Of a stretch of 50,004 nucleotides of DNA, positions 45,323 through 50,004 are shown piece after piece. Source of the DNA: Deltaproteobacteria bacterium. Lineage in GTDB: Bacteria > CG2-30-53-67. Made by a program: the position numbers and the translations under genes. The stretch covers positions 1 through 50,004 of the forward strand of contig JAADIO010000040.1 in the NCBI GenBank assembly GCA_013151235.1, given 5' to 3'. The notes below the pieces were generated by a model. That model made no database searches. It was not told the origin of the DNA and worked only from the letters and a program-made list of their open reading frames with translations. Positions within the stretch are counted from its first letter, which is position 1. Every line of letters begins with the position of its first letter.

Positions 45323-45940
45323 ATGCCTGAACAAAGAGAATACGTTCGCGTCGAGGCCTATCTGCCGGTCAAGTACAAGATCCTCGATGAATCGGAATAT
45401 GAAGAAGCCCGAAAACGATGCAAAAAGCAGAAAGGGGGAACCTACCCCGAATCCATCGCTTCACTGTTGTCGGGGCTCAACCTGGAAAAACTGCGGGACC
45501 CCGACCCCATCAATCCGGAAGGAATTGAACCGGGCACAGCCAGGGTCTTGACCGAGATCGACCGGAAACTGAATATTCTCCTCCGGTTAATGGTGGAAAA
45601 CCGGCTCACCGACATCGAACAGGACCTTTGCCGGGAAGTCAACCTGAGCGGCGGAGGACTCCGTCTGGTCTTGCCGCAACAGCTCAGCCCCGGTGAGAAA
45701 ATCGGTCTGGAAATCACACTTCCCATGTTTCCACCGATCCCCCTCTTCACCATCGCCGAGGTCACCCGGGTGGTCCCGGAGAAAACTTCCAAAGAAGGCA
45801 CACCTGTTTTTGCAACCGCCCTGAAGTTCATCGAAATTGATGAGGACGACCGGGAGATGATCATCCGCTACGTCTTCAAACGACAGCGGCACACCCTCCG
45901 AAATCGCAACACCTGTGGGAAATCGACTGTCACATCCTGA
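45323..45940 (+). CDS. PilZ domain c-di-GMP receptor
   Basis: RxxxR (QREYVR) and NLSGGG motifs; F..I...DRE.I..YVF..QR. Confidence 0.88.
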   Translation: MPEQREYVRVEAYLPVKYKILDESEYEEARKRCKKQKGGTYPESIASLLSGLNLEKLRDPDPINPEGIEPGTARVLTEIDRKLNILLRLMVENRLTDIEQDLCREVNLSGGGLRLVLPQQLSPGEKIGLEITLPMFPPIPLFTIAEVTRVVPEKTSKEGTPVFATALKFIEIDEDDREMIIRYVFKRQRHTLRNRNTCGKSTVTS

Positions 45941-45952
45941 GGAATCCCAGTT

Positions 45953-48331
45953 ATGAACATCTTTCTTGCCCTTCTGTTCTGCCTTCTGCAAATTGCAGGA
46001 CCGGCGTTCGGCGCCGTCTTGCTGCCCCGGACCGGACAGTACACGACCTACGCATCGGGTGACGACGGAGAACTACAGGCCGGCCTGGCCTGGCCTTCCC
46101 CCCGCTTTACCGACAACGGCGACGGAAGTGTCACCGATACGCTGACCGGGCTCCTCTGGTCGACCGACGCCAACCTCATGGTCTCCAGAGATTTCTCCTT
46201 TGATCCTGACGGTGACGGAAAGGTTCCCTTCCAGTCGGCCCTCGACTATCTCGACAAACTTAACAGTGAAAAATATCTCGGCTATTCCGACTGGCACCTT
46301 CCGAACCGGAAGGAACTGATGAGCCTTGTCGATTCCAGCCGGCACGACCCCGCCCTCCCGCTCTATCATCCCTTCGTCTCCGTCGTTTCCGCCCCTTACT
46401 GGACGTCCACAACGGCATCGCAAAATCCGACCCGAGCATGGACCGTGGACATGTACAACGGTCAGATCTGGGATACGGCAAAAACCGGGAGCGGAGGCCA
46501 TGTCTGGCCGGTCCGGACCGGAACGACCGGAGCGCTTCAGCTTCCCCGTACGGGACAGAGTTCCTGCTATGACGATGGAGGGAATCCCATCGCCTGTTCC
46601 GGAACGGGACAGGACGGAGACATCGCAGCAGGAAGCGTGTGGCCCTCTCCCCGCTACACCGACCTCGGCGACGGAAGTGTTCTCGATCATCTCACGGGAC
46701 TCATGATCCCCAGGGACGGAAACCTCATGGCCACGAGAGACCCATCCTTCGACAATGACGACTCCCCCGGCGACGGACGGGTCTACTGGACCGATGCCCT
46801 CAACTATGTAACAAAACTGAATCGTGAACTTTTTCTCGGACACGACGACTGGCGCCTCCCGAACGTAGTCGAATTGGAAAGCTTCATTGACGCAGAAAAA
46901 AACAGCCCCGCACTCACCGGAGGAGCCCCCTTCGACAACATCCGGACCGACGCCGCTTACTGGAGCGGCACCACCCAGGCCGCCGATACGGGAAACGCCT
47001 GGGTCGTCCATATGGGGAGCGGCTATGTCGTCGCCAATTTCAAGGCAAACCGGAAACGCTATGTCTGGCCCGTGCGTCTTGCCCGGGGAATGATCACCGG
47101 CTCAGTCCTTTTTAACGGAACCGGACTAAACGGCGTAACCATTACACTAAACGGTCCGACCAACCTCACGGCAGGCACCGACACCCAGGGAGGTTATACC
47201 TTCCTCGGTCTGGACAACGGAGACTACAGCGTCACCCCCACCCTCAACGGCTACGTCTTTACTCCGTCCGCCCTCAGCATCAACCTCGTCGGGCTTCCCG
47301 TCACCAGCCGGGATTTTACCGCTTCCTGTCTGAGCGATAACGACGGAGACAACGTCTGTGATGCTTTTGACAACTGCCCGAATACCGCGAATCCCGGTCA
47401 GAACGATTGCAACAGCAACGGAATCGGGGATCTGTGTGATCCGGATCCCTACCCGCCCGAAATCTGCGACGGAATCGACAACAACTGTAACGGGGTCATC
47501 GATGAAGGACTGACACAAGCCTGTTCCACGGCCTGCGGCACGGGAACCGAATCCTGTTCCGCCGGGGCCTGGGTCAACTGCACGGCCCCGCCCGTACTGA
47601 ATGAAGTCTGCGACGGGATTGACAACAACTGCAACGGCCAAATCGATGAAGGGGTCACCAACGCCTGCGGAACCTGCGGTCCGACACCCGTCGAAATCTG
47701 CGACGGACTGGACAACAATTGCAACGGCACCGTTGACGAAAACCTGACCCGGAGCTGCTCCACAGCCTGCGGAACAGGGACGGAAACTTGCGCCTCGGGC
47801 GCCTGGGTCGATTGTACGGCGCCGCAACCAAGCCCGGAGCTCTGCGACGGAATCGACAACAACTGTAACGGGGTCATCGACGAAGGATGCAGTTGTACCA
47901 ACGGCACGTCACGCCCCTGCGGGACCGATGTCGGCGCCTGCAGCACGGGTGTTCAGACCTGCACCAACGGGGTCTGGGAAACAACCTGCGCGGGAGAAAC
48001 CCCGCCGCAAACAGAGATCTGCGGTGACGGAATCGACAACGACTGTAACGGTATAATCGATGACAACTGCGTCAATACGAATGATGGAAATGGGGGAAGC
48101 AGCAATGGATCAGGAGGGACATCCACTCCGCCTGACCAGACACAACATACAACATCGCAGGAAGCCGTCACATCACCGCCCGCTGCCGGCGGAGGGGGAG
48201 GAGGCGGGGGAGGCTGCTCACTCATCCGGCAAGGCTCCCCTTCCCAGGGACCGGATGGTGGGATGGTTTTCCTACTCCTGTCGCCTCTCGGGATTATGCT
48301 GTGGAAACATTATCGCAGACCCCCGAAATAG
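45953..48331 (+). CDS. secreted surface protein: 2x DUF1566 + beta-sandwich + TSP3-like + 5 MopE-like Cys/Asp repeats + Gly-rich-Cys C-terminal anchor
   Basis: Signal peptide; RFTDNGDGSVTD..TGL.W..DW.LPN..EL twice; DNCP...NP.Q.D; EICDGIDNNCNG-type repeats; GGGGGGGGCS + TM + basic tail. Confidence 0.82.
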   Translation: MNIFLALLFCLLQIAGPAFGAVLLPRTGQYTTYASGDDGELQAGLAWPSPRFTDNGDGSVTDTLTGLLWSTDANLMVSRDFSFDPDGDGKVPFQSALDYLDKLNSEKYLGYSDWHLPNRKELMSLVDSSRHDPALPLYHPFVSVVSAPYWTSTTASQNPTRAWTVDMYNGQIWDTAKTGSGGHVWPVRTGTTGALQLPRTGQSSCYDDGGNPIACSGTGQDGDIAAGSVWPSPRYTDLGDGSVLDHLTGLMIPRDGNLMATRDPSFDNDDSPGDGRVYWTDALNYVTKLNRELFLGHDDWRLPNVVELESFIDAEKNSPALTGGAPFDNIRTDAAYWSGTTQAADTGNAWVVHMGSGYVVANFKANRKRYVWPVRLARGMITGSVLFNGTGLNGVTITLNGPTNLTAGTDTQGGYTFLGLDNGDYSVTPTLNGYVFTPSALSINLVGLPVTSRDFTASCLSDNDGDNVCDAFDNCPNTANPGQNDCNSNGIGDLCDPDPYPPEICDGIDNNCNGVIDEGLTQACSTACGTGTESCSAGAWVNCTAPPVLNEVCDGIDNNCNGQIDEGVTNACGTCGPTPVEICDGLDNNCNGTVDENLTRSCSTACGTGTETCASGAWVDCTAPQPSPELCDGIDNNCNGVIDEGCSCTNGTSRPCGTDVGACSTGVQTCTNGVWETTCAGETPPQTEICGDGIDNDCNGIIDDNCVNTNDGNGGSSNGSGGTSTPPDQTQHTTSQEAVTSPPAAGGGGGGGGGCSLIRQGSPSQGPDGGMVFLLLSPLGIMLWKHYRRPPK

Positions 48332-48571
48332 CACACCGGTGCCAAGCCTCACATCCGACATCCCGAAACAGCCGGATCGACGTAAACACCATCAAGCCCC
48401 TTTTCTTTGAATTCCCGCGTTGTACGTCTTCTCTCTTGTCCCCCAAAAAAACCGGAACAGCAGGAGGTTTTGTCGAATTTACAAGGCTGAACTTATCATA
48501 TATGATGGGTTGAATATTGCATACGCACCTTGGAATTCCCCGGTAACGGGAGACGGAAAGGAGAAAAAATT

Positions 48572-48754
48572 ATGCGAATAGAAGCACCGTACTACCCTAT
48601 TATTTATGTTCGGGGGTTCGCTGCCGGCATGAAAGAGATCGAAGACACGACGGCCACCCCTTACATGGGATTCAAAGCCGGGGACACCCATCCTCCGCGA
48701 CCCGGATTCCGGGGCCGATTAATCCTCAAGATCAGTCCCTGGAATCAGGAATGA
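48572..48754 (+). pseudogene. N-terminal fragment of a probable alpha/beta-hydrolase (esterase/lipase-like) gene
   Basis: AAGGAG RBS. PYYPIIYVRGFAA...IEDTTATPYMGF looks like a conserved N-terminus, then the ORF ends after 60 aa. Confidence 0.5.
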
Positions 48755-48804
48755 CGCTATCGGCCGGATCGCAAAAGGAAAAAGAGCCTACCCCCTGCAT
48801 GTAA

Positions 48805-49575
48805 TCAAGAAGCCATCGGCAATGCCTTTACGAGCAATGCTGCAGCGACATCCAGATGTTTCTCGGGTGTCAGTAAAGGGCCCAGGATCCGTGTCTGGCC
48901 GCCCCGGGTCAATAAACGATCATCGAACACGGCATCCGGGATTTGTCTTCGCAATTCCGAAACAACATGATTGAAGTTCGCTGCCTGCGAAACCTGCAAT
49001 GCCTTCCCGAGAGAAACATACTGGAGTCCATTCTCACGCATCACAACCGTCGGCCGGTTCTTCGAATAAAGATAAAGAAAACGCTCACGATCCTGCTCCT
49101 CGGTCCGGACTTGCCGCCTTGTCTTTTTGGTTAACATCAACCCCTGCGTCATGATGACCCTTCCTGCACTGAACCTGCGCTCTTTCACCATTTCCTTTTC
49201 CGTACGGACGGTCACAGCGGAACCGTAGAGGATCAATTGGACGTCGCCATAAAGCAGATCAACCGTTTGCCTGTGACGACCTTCAGCACACAAGGATCGC
49301 GGAGTCAATTCAAACTTCCTTACAAGGAAACGTGTACGATCGGACTCAACCTCCTCATGACGGAGAACAAGCGTCCTGAAACCATGCTCCCTAAGTTTCG
49401 TGGCAAGCTCTTCAGCAGGCCCCAGCTCATGGAACACACCTACAACAGATGGCCCGGCACCGGAAGAAAACAAACGCGAACGCGCTTCATACACCGTCTT
49501 GCCGAGAGTCACCGCAAGGACTTCCGATAAACGATCTACGTCTTTTCCCCAATCGTAAATTGCAATTATGTTCAT
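48805..49575 (-). CDS. hypothetical protein (256 aa)
   Basis: Long ORF with GGAG RBS and protein-like composition; no recognised motif. Confidence 0.7.
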   Translation of the reverse strand: MNIIAIYDWGKDVDRLSEVLAVTLGKTVYEARSRLFSSGAGPSVVGVFHELGPAEELATKLREHGFRTLVLRHEEVESDRTRFLVRKFELTPRSLCAEGRHRQTVDLLYGDVQLILYGSAVTVRTEKEMVKERRFSAGRVIMTQGLMLTKKTRRQVRTEEQDRERFLYLYSKNRPTVVMRENGLQYVSLGKALQVSQAANFNHVVSELRRQIPDAVFDDRLLTRGGQTRILGPLLTPEKHLDVAAALLVKALPMAS

Positions 49576-49799
49576 GGCTCAAACTCCATTATGGAACCAA
49601 AAGAAAACGCCGGCTCACATTGCATGTCCGGAACACCACATAGTCTCCCTCACATGAAGGTACATCCCTTGTCCATATGCAAAGAAATCATTCCAAGATA
49701 ATTATATCACCCGTACGTTCCAAAGCAGAGCATAATCCCCCTTATGGCGGTTCACTCCAACCCCACGTTGGTTCGATTAGAAGGAACTCCTCGGTTACA

Positions 49800-49818
49800 G
49801 GGGTCATATAGGGTCAGA
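49800..49818. repeat. doubled GGGTCA end motif (REP-like) abutting the transposase-like gene stop
   Basis: GGGGTCA-TATA-GGGTCAGA, same core as the ends of the 9059-9182 element. Confidence 0.55.
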
Positions 49819-49819
49819 G

Positions 49820-50004
49820 CTACACATTTGACATTTTCACCATTCGTTCAAGAACTCTCAACCGCCGGGCGAACCGTTTATCCGAAGCCCGCAGGGCGTC
49901 AAGACGCCTCACCGTCTGGCTGACCGCCGAAACAGTCAGCCCACCAAAAAAATCTCCTATTTCACTCAAACTGCGTTCGCTGTACTTGCGGCAAAGATAG
50001 ATCG
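49820..50004 (-). CDS. 3' end of a probable REP-associated tyrosine transposase (C-terminal DnaA_C-like HTH); runs off the window
   Basis: IYLCRKYSERSLSEIGDFFGGLTVSAVSQTVRR...MSNV*, immediately followed by TGACCC repeats. Not in the ORF track. Confidence 0.6.
   Translation of the reverse strand, partial: IYLCRKYSERSLSEIGDFFGGLTVSAVSQTVRRLDALRASDKRFARRLRVLERMVKMSNV

Noticed and set aside
47455-48070. Repeated DNA units as a CRISPR array
   Set aside because: The repeats are in-frame protein repeats with synonymous variation and irregular spacing; no cas genes.

Overview
This is a GC-rich bacterial chromosomal window with no prophage, integrase or CRISPR array. A Nitrospirota/Desulfobacterota-like origin is my inference from the tmRNA tag ANNELALAA, the futalosine pathway, clpC, and the sigma54/sigma28 flagellar hierarchy. 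The left part is housekeeping: ssrA (tmRNA) and smpB, mqnE-mqnC plus an MTAP/PNP-family phosphorylase, a non-coding DnaA-box/Fis/IHF cluster, clpC, an M48-LysM protease, and REC-GGDEF/HDOD genes. The centre is a flagellin locus (fliC-flaG-fliD-fliS-fliT/flgN-like). It is preceded by a sigma54-type operon of three very large multi-domain glycosyltransferases, which together carry about 11 GT domains, one sulfotransferase domain and many TPRs. After an inserted histidine kinase/response regulator/HD-GYP operon come a GT4, a GT9 and a Maf N-terminal-like gene. The right part has a sigma28-driven small protein, REC and REC-GAF-HD-GYP regulators, a sigma54-driven PilZ gene, a Cys-rich DUF1566 surface protein, a gene remnant and the 3' end of a probable RAYT-type transposase. 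The best candidates for something undescribed are the glycosyltransferase 'assembly line' and the split Maf/GT9 module, a possible leader peptide in the fliC 5' UTR, an Asn-type nucleoside phosphorylase in the futalosine operon, and a DARS-like element. All calls come from motif recognition by eye; no database searches were run.
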